From contig JBKPAI010000124.1 in NCBI GenBank assembly GCA_046726355.1, forward strand, positions 24,468 to 88,467: DNA of 64,000 nucleotides, given 5' to 3'. Shown piece by piece: positions 24,869 through 35,031 of the stretch. The translations under genes were made by a program, and so were the position numbers. The notes under the pieces are model-generated. The model did not search any database, was not told the origin of the DNA, and worked only from the letters and a program-made list of their open reading frames with translations. This DNA is from Acidobacteriota bacterium (lineage in GTDB: Bacteria > Acidobacteriota > Vicinamibacteria > Vicinamibacterales > CAVVIG01). Numbering within the stretch: the stretch's first letter is position 1; every line of letters begins with the position of its first letter.

Positions 24869-26359
24869 TTACCGCTCGAATGACTCGGCGCGCGCGGCGC
24901 GGGAAAGACGAACGAGATATCCTGCGGGGTCGGACCAGAACTTCTCGCGCAGATCGGCAAGGCTGTTCGCCCCGCCATAACTGATCGCCGAACACAGGTG
25001 CTTGAACATATCGAGAAGGACACTTCGCACCGATCCGCGGGCCGGCACGCTCACCTCCAGGCCCTCGGCGCCCAGTGCCTCGAGCTCACCGGCGCCGACA
25101 TCCTCGAGATCCAGCCGATCGCGCACCGCGGCGATCGACGCCATGCCGCGGAACACCTTGAACGGCACACGGACGATCTTCTGAGACTCCGGCATCAGGA
25201 CCGGTTTGAAGACCGTTTCGCCCGGGGTTTCCTCCGTGCCCGCGAAGGCGCTCCCGAGCATGACCGAGTCGCCGCCGAACATCAGCGCCTGGGCGATGCT
25301 GCCATCCCGCTTCACGCCGCCATCGGCAATGAGCGGGACACGATCGCCGACGGCGATGCGGCACTGCACCAGCGCCTCCACCTGCGGCACGCCGAAGTTC
25401 GTCGTCAGCCGCGTCGTACAGCCACCGCCCGGCCCGATGCCGACTTTGATCGCATTGACGTCCCGGTCGAGCAGAAATCGCGCACCTTCCGCGGTCGCGA
25501 CGTTGCCGGCCACGAGCTCGATATCCCCGAGCCGCTGGCGAAGCCGATCGATGGCTTGGTCCATGATCAGTGAGTGCCCGTGCGCGATGTCGATGACGAT
25601 GACGTCGGCGCCGGCATGGTGGACCTCGAGAGCGCGCTCGAGGAAATCGCCGGTTGCCCCGACCGCCGCCGCGACCTGCAGCCGGCCGCGCCGGTCCCGC
25701 GTCGCGAACGGGTGCTCCCGATGCTTGATGAGATCTCTCGCCGTGATCAGACCGAGCACGGTTCCGTCGGGATTCACGAGCGGCAGCTTCTTGATCTTCT
25801 GCCTGATCATGATGTGCTCGGCGTCGGCCAGCGCGATTGGTCCGGTGTGGACGACGAGGCGCTCGCGCGGCGTCATGCGCTCCGCGACGCCCGCGCTCCC
25901 CTCCACGAAGCGGACATCGCGCTCGGTCAGCAGCCCCTTGAGGCATCTGCCGGCATCGACGACGACGAGCGTGCCGACGCGAGTCCGCTCCATGAGACGC
26001 CGGGCGGCGGCCACCTGATCGCCTTCGTCAATCGTGTGCGGATCCGCAATGATGCCGTGCTGGGTCCGTTTGACCGCCGAGATCTCTGCCACCTGCGGCG
26101 CGATGTCGCCGGCCCGGAACCCGCGATCGATCACGCCGATGCCGCCCTCTTCGGCCAGGACCGTCGCCATCGCCGCGCGCGTGACCGTGTCCATGTTCGC
26201 CGACACGATCGGCCGGCGCAGCGTCACGCGCGACGTGAACCGCGTGGTCAGATCGATTTTCGACGGATCACGGTTCGGTACGACGCCGAGTTGCGGAACC
26301 AGCAGGAAGTCGTCGAACGTGCAACCCCGGACGAACTGCAGCAAGTCCATGTCGATCAA
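24869..26359 (-). CDS. guaB: IMP dehydrogenase family protein with CBS pair
   Basis: ...FDDFLLVPQ..., CBS-like insert, catalytic loop KVGIGPGGGCTTR (canonical GIGPGSICTTR), ...GSAFAGTEE.PGE... Confidence 0.8.
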   Translation of the reverse strand: MIDMDLLQFVRGCTFDDFLLVPQLGVVPNRDPSKIDLTTRFTSRVTLRRPIVSANMDTVTRAAMATVLAEEGGIGVIDRGFRAGDIAPQVAEISAVKRTQHGIIADPHTIDEGDQVAAARRLMERTRVGTLVVVDAGRCLKGLLTERDVRFVEGSAGVAERMTPRERLVVHTGPIALADAEHIMIRQKIKKLPLVNPDGTVLGLITARDLIKHREHPFATRDRRGRLQVAAAVGATGDFLERALEVHHAGADVIVIDIAHGHSLIMDQAIDRLRQRLGDIELVAGNVATAEGARFLLDRDVNAIKVGIGPGGGCTTRLTTNFGVPQVEALVQCRIAVGDRVPLIADGGVKRDGSIAQALMFGGDSVMLGSAFAGTEETPGETVFKPVLMPESQKIVRVPFKVFRGMASIAAVRDRLDLEDVGAGELEALGAEGLEVSVPARGSVRSVLLDMFKHLCSAISYGGANSLADLREKFWSDPAGYLVRLSRAARAESFER

Positions 26360-26382
26360 TCTTACGCGCAGCGAAATGAGCC

Positions 26383-26445
26383 GTAGCGCAGCCCTTCAGG
26401 GCTGCCATGGGCGGCCGTGAGGCAGGCCGGAAGGCCCTGCGCTAC
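26383..26445. repeat. GC-rich REP-like element
   Basis: GTAGCGCAGCCCTTCAGGGCTGC...GCAGGCCGGAAGGCCCTGCGCTAC, with terminal inverted repeats. Confidence 0.8.
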
Positions 26446-26510
26446 GAGAGGCCGCGAACTCAGGATCCGCTGATCGGCGCAGCACCTCGGCCAACGCTCC
26501 GCCGGATTGA

Positions 26511-26532
26511 ACCTCCGCGTCCTCCGTGGTGG
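26511..26532. repeat. copy of GGACGCGGAGG core (reverse orientation) abutting a stop codon
   Basis: acctccgcgtcctccgtggtgg is the reverse complement of CCACCACGGAGGACGCGGAGGT. It starts immediately 3' of the 26533-27948 gene. Confidence 0.6.
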
Positions 26533-27948
26533 CTAGCGCAGCACTTCGTCCAGCGCTCGCCGTGCCGCAAAGTAGCCGCACATCCCGTGCACGCCGACGC
26601 CAGGCGGCGTAGCGGACGAGCAGAGGTACAGACCACGCAGCGGCGTCGAGTACATCCGCCGCGTCGGGCGCAGGAACAGCTGTCGCAGATCGCTGACGCC
26701 CGCGCCGATGTCGCCACCGACCAGGTTCGCGTTGTGCCGCTCGATATCCGCTGGCTGCATCACCGCGTGCGCAAGGACCCGCTCGCGAAAGCCGGGGGCA
26801 AAGCGTTCGATCTGCTGCTCCAGCCGGGCGAGCATGTCGAGGGCCGATCCATGCGGCACGTGACAATACGTCCAGACAATATGACGCCCGCTCGGCGCGC
26901 GCGACGGATCGAACAGCGTCGGCTGCGTAAGCAGGACAAATGGACGTTCGGTGCCACGCCCTGTCCAGGCCGCGTATTCTGCGCGCTCGATCTCCTCGAT
27001 GGTCCCGCCGAGATGAACCGTGGCCGCGCGCGCGCACGCCGCGGCCCGCCAGGGGACCGGTCCGTCCAGTGCCCAATCAACCTTGTACACGCCCATACCG
27101 TAGCGATAGCGTTCCAGCTGGCGGCGGTACCAGCGCGGCAGGCGATGGCCGGCAATGCGGAGGAGCGGCCTCGGGGAGAGATCACACAGGATCGCTTTTG
27201 CCTGAGCCAGATCGTCAATCGAGCTCACGCGCGTGCCGGTCACGATCTTGCCGCCAAGCGACCTCAGGTGGGCCGCCAGTGCGTTCGTCAGCTGCTGCGC
27301 GCCGCCGCGCGGGATTACCCAGCCCGCGACATGGGCCATTGCCGCGAGCACCAGACCGAACGCCGCGGTCGCCAGCCGGTCGAGCGGCAGCATGCCATGT
27401 GCGGCAATCCCCGCCATCAGCGCCCGCGTCCGTGCCTCGACGAACACCGATCGTGTCAGCGCGCTGGCCGACCGCACCGCGCGAAGGCCGAACCACGCCA
27501 GTTTCATCGGATGGCTGGGCCAGCCGAGCGGGCCGAGCACCGACCGTTCGAGCTGCGGCCACGCGTCCACGACGGCGCCGACGAGATTTCGGTACGCCTG
27601 GCCATCACCGCTCAGCCCTGCCGCCGTCGACTGAATTGATCGATGAATCACCGCGCAGGTGCCGTCGTCGAACGGGTGCGCGAGCATCGCCGCCGGCTCA
27701 ATCCATTCGAGGCCGTAGGCTTCCAGAGGCAGCGTCCGGAAAAAAGGAGAGGCGCGGGCAAATGGATGGACGGCCGAGCAGACGTCGTGAATGAAGCCGG
27801 GCAGCGTCAACTCCGCCGACCGTGCGCCACCACCGATGGTCGGCTCGGCTTCGATGACGAGCACGCTGCGGCCAGCCTGCGCAATCGCAATAGCCGCGGC
27901 GAGGCCGTTCGGACCTGAGCCCACGACGACCGCGTCCGGCAGGGCCAT
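26533..27948 (-). CDS. phytoene-desaturase-family (CrtI-like) NAD(P)/FAD-dependent oxidoreductase
   Basis: N-terminal dinucleotide fold DAVVVGSGPNGLAAAIAIAQAGRSVLVIEA. Length and C-terminal ...GVGVHGMCG.. are typical of the family. Confidence 0.8.
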   Translation of the reverse strand: MALPDAVVVGSGPNGLAAAIAIAQAGRSVLVIEAEPTIGGGARSAELTLPGFIHDVCSAVHPFARASPFFRTLPLEAYGLEWIEPAAMLAHPFDDGTCAVIHRSIQSTAAGLSGDGQAYRNLVGAVVDAWPQLERSVLGPLGWPSHPMKLAWFGLRAVRSASALTRSVFVEARTRALMAGIAAHGMLPLDRLATAAFGLVLAAMAHVAGWVIPRGGAQQLTNALAAHLRSLGGKIVTGTRVSSIDDLAQAKAILCDLSPRPLLRIAGHRLPRWYRRQLERYRYGMGVYKVDWALDGPVPWRAAACARAATVHLGGTIEEIERAEYAAWTGRGTERPFVLLTQPTLFDPSRAPSGRHIVWTYCHVPHGSALDMLARLEQQIERFAPGFRERVLAHAVMQPADIERHNANLVGGDIGAGVSDLRQLFLRPTRRMYSTPLRGLYLCSSATPPGVGVHGMCGYFAARRALDEVLR

Positions 27949-27965
27949 TTAGGCGCCAGGCTGAG

Positions 27966-28020
27966 GGCTCTGGGTTTTCGGCTCCTGGCTTATCGCTCGA
28001 ACCCTCACAAGCCCAGAGCC
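27966..28020. repeat. small inverted repeat GGCTCTGGG ... CCCAGAGCC
   Basis: ggctctggg at 27966-27974 and cccagagcc at 28012-28020. The unit is shared with 3627/3641. Confidence 0.55.
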
Positions 28021-28022
28021 GA

Positions 28023-28427
28023 TCAAAACATCCCGAGCTGAAGCTTCGCCGCATCCGACATGCGGCTGCGGTCCCAGGGCGGCTCCCAGACGACGTCGAC
28101 GTTGACGTCGCTGACATCTGGGATCGCGGCGATCTGGCGCTGCACTTCGCCGGGCAGGAACTGCGCCGCCGGGCAAGCCGGAGCGGTGAGAGTCATCCGG
28201 ATCCCCACGGCCTTCGACCGATCGACGATGATGTCGTAGATGAGCCCGAGCTCGTAAATGTTGACCGGTATCTCCGGATCGAAGACTTTCCTGAGAGCGG
28301 CGACGATCTGCGGCCGAAGCGCGGAAGTCTGTTCCGCGTCGGGTACCATCGCGTCCGTCTGCCGCGCCCGCGTCTCAGCCGGAGCAGATGGTGTCTGCGG
28401 CTGCTGGATGACAGGTATTGGTTTCAT
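28023..28427 (-). CDS. sufT: SUF system Fe-S assembly protein SufT (DUF59)
   Basis: ...ALRKVFDPEIPVNIYELGLIYDI...TLTAPACPAA... is the DUF59 pattern. 4-nt overlap with sufU. Confidence 0.8.
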   Translation of the reverse strand: MKPIPVIQQPQTPSAPAETRARQTDAMVPDAEQTSALRPQIVAALRKVFDPEIPVNIYELGLIYDIIVDRSKAVGIRMTLTAPACPAAQFLPGEVQRQIAAIPDVSDVNVDVVWEPPWDRSRMSDAAKLQLGMF

Positions 28428-28870
28428 TCCGTCGATACCACTTCATCGCGCGCTTCGGCGGCGGCCCGGAGCGTATGCCACGCCAGGCTGGCACACTTCA
28501 CGCGCACCGGAAACTGCCGGACGCCGGCAAAGACGGAGAGCTTGCCGAGATCCTCGATCGGATCGTCCGCCGATCGCGTGATCAGCCGCTGGAACCGCTC
28601 GAACAGCGCGGCCGCCTCGGCGAGCGTCCTGCCCTTCACGCTGTCGGTCATCAGCGACGCTGACGCTTTCGAGATCGCGCAGCCCGATCCCTCGAAGCTG
28701 GCATCCTGGATTCGATCGCCCTCGACGCGGAGGTACACGGTGAGCCGGTCGCCGCACAGCGGGTTGTAGCCTTCGGCGTGGCGGCCGTCCGCAATCCTGC
28801 GGAAATTCCGCGGCCGCCGGTTGTGATCGAGAATGACCTCCTGGTACAGCTCGTCCAGACCGGAGTTCAT
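28424..28870 (-). CDS. sufU: SufU-type Fe-S scaffold / sulfur acceptor
   Basis: LYQEVILDHNRRPRNF..., NPLCGD, GSGCAISKASASLM, KCASLAW. Confidence 0.85.
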   Translation of the reverse strand: MNSGLDELYQEVILDHNRRPRNFRRIADGRHAEGYNPLCGDRLTVYLRVEGDRIQDASFEGSGCAISKASASLMTDSVKGRTLAEAAALFERFQRLITRSADDPIEDLGKLSVFAGVRQFPVRVKCASLAWHTLRAAAEARDEVVSTE

Positions 28871-30114
28871 ACGAACACCTCGCGGACTCTCGCGAGCGCA
28901 CCGGCGAGCGCGTCAATCTCGGCGCGCGTGTTGTAGAGCGCCAGCGACGCACGGGACGTCGCGGAAACGCCCAGCCGGGCCATCAGCGGCTGACAGCAGT
29001 GATGACCCGTTCGAATGGCGACGCCGCCACGATCGAGAATGGTCCCCACGTCGTGCGGGTGGACGTCGTCGACCACGAAGGCGAGGATGCCGCTCTTCTC
29101 GGCCGCCGTCCCCGTCAACCGCAGGCCCGGGATCGCGCTGAGCGCACGGGTTCCATACGCGGTCAGATCGCGTTCGTAGGCGCCGATCCGATCCAGGCCG
29201 AGGGCTTCGAGGTAATCGATCGCGGCCGCTAATCCGACGGCTCCGGCAATGTCGGGTGTTCCGGCTTCGAATTTGTACGGCAGCACGTTGTAGCGTGTCC
29301 GTTCGAATGTGACAGAGCTGATCATGTCGCCGCCGCCCTGGTACGGCGGCATCGCCTCGAGCAGAGCGGCCTTCCCGTAGAGCACACCGATGCCGGTCGG
29401 CGCGAACAGCTTGTGGCCGGAGAAGGTATAGAAATCGCAGCCGAGCGCCTGCATGTCGACAGCCATGTGCGCCACGGCCTGGGCGCCGTCGACGAGCACC
29501 GGAATATCGCGCGCGTGCGCGATTTCCACCAGTCGCCGAATCGGATTGATGGTCCCGAGCGCATTCGACACGTGCGAAACAGCGACGATCCGCGTCCGCT
29601 CCGACAACAACGCCTCGTACTCGTCGAGCCGGAGCTCGCCGTCATCGGTCATCGGCACCACGCGCAGCCGCGCACGCTTCTCCTCACACAGCAGCTGCCA
29701 CGGCACGATGTTCGAGTGGTGCTCCATCACCGTGACCACGACCTCGTCATCTTTGCCGACATGGACGCGGCCGTAGGTCTGCGCCACCAGGTTGATCGCC
29801 TCAGTGGTGCCTCGGACGAACACGATCTCGGTCGCGTCGGCGGCATTCAGGAAGCGGGCGATGGTGCGCCGCGACTCCTCGTAGACGTCGGTTGCCCGCT
29901 CGCTCAGCCAGTGCACGCCGCGATGGACGTTGGCGTTCTCATGCGTGTAGTAGTGAATCAGCCGGTCGAGGACCGCCTGCGGCTTCTGCGTCGTGGCCGC
30001 GTTGTCGAGATAAATGAGCGGCTTGCCGTGCACGAGCGTGCGCAGGACCGGAAAATCCTCCCGAATCCGCTGCACGTCGAGCTCGGTGCCTGAGAGCGGG
30101 ATTGTCGATGTCAT
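28867..30114 (-). CDS. sufS: cysteine desulfurase SufS
   Basis: Class V aminotransferase; ...YLDNAATTQKP..., ...FSGHKL.. (PLP Lys), ...RTGHHCCQPLM (catalytic Cys loop). Confidence 0.9.
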   Translation of the reverse strand: MTSTIPLSGTELDVQRIREDFPVLRTLVHGKPLIYLDNAATTQKPQAVLDRLIHYYTHENANVHRGVHWLSERATDVYEESRRTIARFLNAADATEIVFVRGTTEAINLVAQTYGRVHVGKDDEVVVTVMEHHSNIVPWQLLCEEKRARLRVVPMTDDGELRLDEYEALLSERTRIVAVSHVSNALGTINPIRRLVEIAHARDIPVLVDGAQAVAHMAVDMQALGCDFYTFSGHKLFAPTGIGVLYGKAALLEAMPPYQGGGDMISSVTFERTRYNVLPYKFEAGTPDIAGAVGLAAAIDYLEALGLDRIGAYERDLTAYGTRALSAIPGLRLTGTAAEKSGILAFVVDDVHPHDVGTILDRGGVAIRTGHHCCQPLMARLGVSATSRASLALYNTRAEIDALAGALARVREVFV

Positions 30115-31430
30115 CAGCGTCCTGCCGGCAAGCGGCGCATCAGCTCCTGATCGAGCCGTGCCGCAAGCGCAACGAACGGAATGCGGCCCAGCACGTCACC
30201 CGCGAACGCCCGGATCAAGATCCGGCGCGCCTCCTGCTCGCCGAGGCCGCGCGCGCGGAGGTAAAAAATCGCCTCGTCGTCGATCTGACCGATGGCCGCG
30301 CCATGTGTGCACTTGACGTCGTTGGCAAAGATCTCGAGCTGCGGCTTGGTGTTGATCTGCGCGTCCGCCGAGAGCAGCAGCGCCTTGTTCGTCTGCTTCG
30401 CATCGGTCTTCTGCGCATCGGGCCGCACGATGATCTTGCCGTTGAACACTGCCCGCGCGTGGCCGGCAAGGATCCCCTTGTACACCTCGCGGCTGGAGCA
30501 GTTCGGACGGGCATGATCGATGGTCGTGTGGTTGTCGACCAGCGCCCGCCCCTCGCCCATGTAGAGACCGTTCAGCGTGCACTCGCCGCCCTGGCCGTCG
30601 AGAACCGCGATCACGTCGTTGCGGACGAGCGAGCCGCCGAAGCTGACCGAGCAGGCGGTCACCACGGCGTCCCGCGCCGCCCGGACGTACATCGCACCGA
30701 TGTGAGCGGCGGCCGCGCTTTCCTGCTGCAGCTTGTAGTGATCGAGCCTGGCATTCTCGGCGGCAAAGATTTCCGTGACCGTGTTGGTGAAATAGCGGGA
30801 CGCGCCGGCGTAGGTCTCGACGATCGAGGCGCGGCTGCCGGCGCCGGCCAGCACGAGCACCCGCGGGTGCGACATCGTCTCGCGCTTGTCGCGCTCACCG
30901 GCGATCGAGATGAACACGAGCTGCACCGGGCCGTCGAGGCTCGTTCCGTCGGGGACGGACACGAACGCACCATCCGCCAGTGATGCCGTGTTCAACGCCG
31001 TAAACGGATGGCGGTCGCTCGTGGCCGCCTGCGTCAAGTGCCTCTCCACCAGGTTGTCACCGACCGCGTCGGCAAGACTCCCGATCCGCGCGCCGTCCGG
31101 CAGGCGGCCGACTGTGGACAGCGCCGGCACATACCGCCCGTTGGCGAACACAAGCGTGGCAAGCGTGCCGCCCGGCACGCGCAGCGGCTCCACATCCTGC
31201 GGTTTGAGCGCCGCAGCGCCGTTCGTCGCCAGCACGAACCGCGACTCGGCGATGGGCGCGACGCTCGTGAAGCGCCATTCCTCCTCGCGCGTGGTCGGAA
31301 AGCCGAGCCCCGAAAAGCGCTCGAGCGCCTGCCGCCGCGCGCCGGTCAGCCAGGCCGGATCGATCTCGCAGCGCGCCGCGGCGGCGCGCTCGGCTTCAGC
31401 CACGTAGGAATCGAGACTCGTCGCTGCCAT
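30114..31430 (-). CDS. sufD: Fe-S cluster assembly protein SufD
   Basis: The C-terminal beta-helix region ...LLSADAQINTKPQLEIFANDVKCTHGAAIGQIDDEAIFYLRARGL... is the typical SufB/D motif. 1-nt overlaps with both neighbours. Confidence 0.9.
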   Translation of the reverse strand: MAATSLDSYVAEAERAAAARCEIDPAWLTGARRQALERFSGLGFPTTREEEWRFTSVAPIAESRFVLATNGAAALKPQDVEPLRVPGGTLATLVFANGRYVPALSTVGRLPDGARIGSLADAVGDNLVERHLTQAATSDRHPFTALNTASLADGAFVSVPDGTSLDGPVQLVFISIAGERDKRETMSHPRVLVLAGAGSRASIVETYAGASRYFTNTVTEIFAAENARLDHYKLQQESAAAAHIGAMYVRAARDAVVTACSVSFGGSLVRNDVIAVLDGQGGECTLNGLYMGEGRALVDNHTTIDHARPNCSSREVYKGILAGHARAVFNGKIIVRPDAQKTDAKQTNKALLLSADAQINTKPQLEIFANDVKCTHGAAIGQIDDEAIFYLRARGLGEQEARRILIRAFAGDVLGRIPFVALAARLDQELMRRLPAGR

Positions 31431-32204
31431 CAGTTCCCCGCCGCCGACACCGCAGTCGCTTCGGTTTCGATCCAGGTGTAGCCCTTGTCTTCGAGCTCGA
31501 GCGCCAGTTCCTTGCCTCCCGACCGGACAATGCGTCCCTCCGTGAGGACGTGGACGACATCGGGAACGATGTAATTCAGCAGGCGCTGGTAATGGGTCAC
31601 CAGCAGAATGGCACGCTCGGGACTGCGCATGGCGTTCACGCCTTGCGCGACAATCTTGAGCGCGTCGATGTCCAGGCCGGAATCGGTCTCGTCGAGAACC
31701 GCGAGCGTCGGCTCGAGCACCGCCATCTGAAAGATCTCGTTCCGCTTCTTCTCACCACCGGAGAAGCCTTCGTTCACGGCACGGTTCAACAGGCTCTCGT
31801 CCATGTCCAGCCACTTCATGCGGTCGCGCATGTGGGTCATGAAGTCCATCGCATCGAGCTCTTCCTCGCCGCGATGCTTCCGCACGGCGTTCAGCGCCGC
31901 CTTCAGGAAGTAGGCGTTGTTGACGCCGGGAATCTCAACCGGGTACTGGAACGCCATGAAAACGCCCTCACGCGCCCGGGTCTCCGGATCCAACGCCAGA
32001 AGATCGCGGCCCTTGTACACGACCGTTCCTTCGGTGACCTCGTATTCCGCATGGCCGGCGAGCACCCGGGCCAGGGTGCTCTTGCCCGAACCGTTCGGAC
32101 CCATGATCGCGTGCACCTGGCCGGCATCAATCGCCAGGTCGACGCCGCGCAGGATTTCCCGGCTTCCGGCGCGGACGTGCAGGTTCTCGATCTTCAGCAT
32201 GGCG

Positions 32205-32215
<11 letters not shown>
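31430..32215 (-). CDS. sufC: Fe-S cluster assembly ATPase SufC
   Basis: Walker [10 protein letters not shown], signature SGGEKKR, Walker [13 protein letters not shown]. Confidence 0.95.
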
Positions 32216-33646
<1,431 letters not shown>

Positions 33647-33650
<4 letters not shown>

Positions 33651-34033
33651 ATTTTCGACTGCCTCTCGATACTGAACGACGCTCCGCAGCCACAGACGCT
33701 CGTCGCGTTTGGATTGTTGAAGGTGAACCCTTTGCTCAACAGGCTCGTGTCGTAGTCCAGGATGGTGCCGGACAGGACACGCAGACTGCGGGGATCGACG
33801 TACACCTTCGCGCCGCCGGGACCCTCGAACACCGAGTCGGTCTCCCTGGGCACTCGCTCCCAGGCAAAAACGTACTCATATCCCGAACAGCCGCCGGCCT
33901 TGACTCCGACGCGCAGCCCCGTCTCCCCGGCAGCGCGCCTGGCCAGCATCTTTGCGATGTGGGCGTCTGCGGCCGGACTGATCCTGATCAGTGCACCGTC
34001 CCGCTCAGCGATATTCTCCATGTCGCCAGTCAT
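33647..34033 (-). CDS. sufA: A-type Fe-S carrier (SufA/IscA/ErpA, HesB family)
   Basis: ...[16 protein letters not shown]... and C-terminal ...CGCGASFS. Confidence 0.85.
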
Positions 34034-34049
34034 CTCCGACTCTTTTAGT

Positions 34050-34068
34050 CCTAGATTACCGCTCTAGG
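34050..34068. promoter_or_regulatory. candidate operator palindrome CCTAGA-N7-TCTAGG just upstream of sufA
   Basis: Perfect 6-bp inverted repeat in an AT-richer patch, 17-35 nt upstream of the sufA start. No cognate regulator identified. Confidence 0.25.
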
Positions 34069-34295
34069 CCCCCAGCTTCAAGCACAACCCATGTGCCCGT
34101 CTTCAGATCCGGGCGCCGGCTCAACGCTGCCCGCTCGGGTCGCTCGACCAGCTCATGCGTTAAGCCGCCTGAAGACCCGTCCTGGCAGCACCGGCTGAAA
34201 CCGGACGCGACCTTCCGGGATCAGGCGGATCCGTCTCCCAGGGCACTCCCCTTGCTCGCGATACCTCTGAACCACGCACAAACGGAGGAGGTCCC

Positions 34296-34505
34296 ATGTC
34301 AGTCGCCCGCGTTGTGGAAATCAGCTCGACTTCGGACAAAAGCTTCGAACACGCTGTGCAGCAAGGCGTCGCCCGCGCCAACAAGACTCTCCGTGAAATC
34401 AGGAGCGCCTGGGTCAAGGAGCAGGAAGCGCAGGTCGAGAACGGAAAGATCACCGCATACAAAGTCATTTTGAAAGTCACGTTCGTCCTGGACGAAGCTG
34501 CTTAA
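34296..34505 (+). CDS. dodecin-family flavin-binding protein
   Basis: 69 aa: MSVARVVEISSTSDKSFEHAVQQGVARANKTLREIRSAWVKEQEAQVENGKITAYKVILKVTFVLDE. This is the classic dodecin pattern. GGAGGAGG lies 5 nt upstream. Confidence 0.8.
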   Translation: MSVARVVEISSTSDKSFEHAVQQGVARANKTLREIRSAWVKEQEAQVENGKITAYKVILKVTFVLDEAA

Positions 34506-34532
34506 GTGGTCGTCAGTCGTCGAGGAGGATAA

Positions 34533-34991
34533 ATGCCCTTACAGGTCAGGTCCCCGGCATTTTCGGAAGGCGATTCGATTCCGAAGAAATACACGTGTGA
34601 CGGAGAGAACATCTCACCACCGCTCGAATGGAGCGGGCAGCCGCGCGAAACGAAGAGTGTGGCCATCATCTGCGACGATCCGGACGCGCCCACCGGCACC
34701 TTCACCCACTGGGTGCTGTACGACGTGGCCGGCGATACGCAGAAACTGCCGGAAGGCGCGTCACGAACCGGGAAGGAAGGTCAGAACAGTTTCAACCAGA
34801 TCGGTTTCGGAGGACCGTGTCCGCCGGCCAAGGACGGACCACATCGGTACGTGTTCCGTGTCTATGCGCTCGACGTCGATTCGCTCGGGCGGCCCGGCAT
34901 GTCCCAGGGGGACGTCGAGGGCGCGATGCGCGGCCACGTTCTCGCGAAAGGCCAGCTGATGGCGCGATATCAACGCGCGACGCGCCATTAG
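34533..34991 (+). CDS. YbhB/YbcL (PEBP / Raf-kinase-inhibitor-like) family protein
   Basis: ...YTCDGENISPPLEW...CDDPDAPTGTFTHWVLYD...PCPPAKDGPHRYVFRVYALD. Confidence 0.85.
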   Translation: MPLQVRSPAFSEGDSIPKKYTCDGENISPPLEWSGQPRETKSVAIICDDPDAPTGTFTHWVLYDVAGDTQKLPEGASRTGKEGQNSFNQIGFGGPCPPAKDGPHRYVFRVYALDVDSLGRPGMSQGDVEGAMRGHVLAKGQLMARYQRATRH

Positions 34992-35031
34992 AGACAACTG
35001 AGCGATGGGCGCGGCGGCTCCCCGCGGTCGG

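Noticed and set aside
34082-34098. Reverse-strand GGGCAC-N5-TTGTG upstream of the suf operon as a sigma-54 promoter.
   Set aside because: The invariant -12 GC is replaced by GT, and sigma-54 control of suf is not expected.
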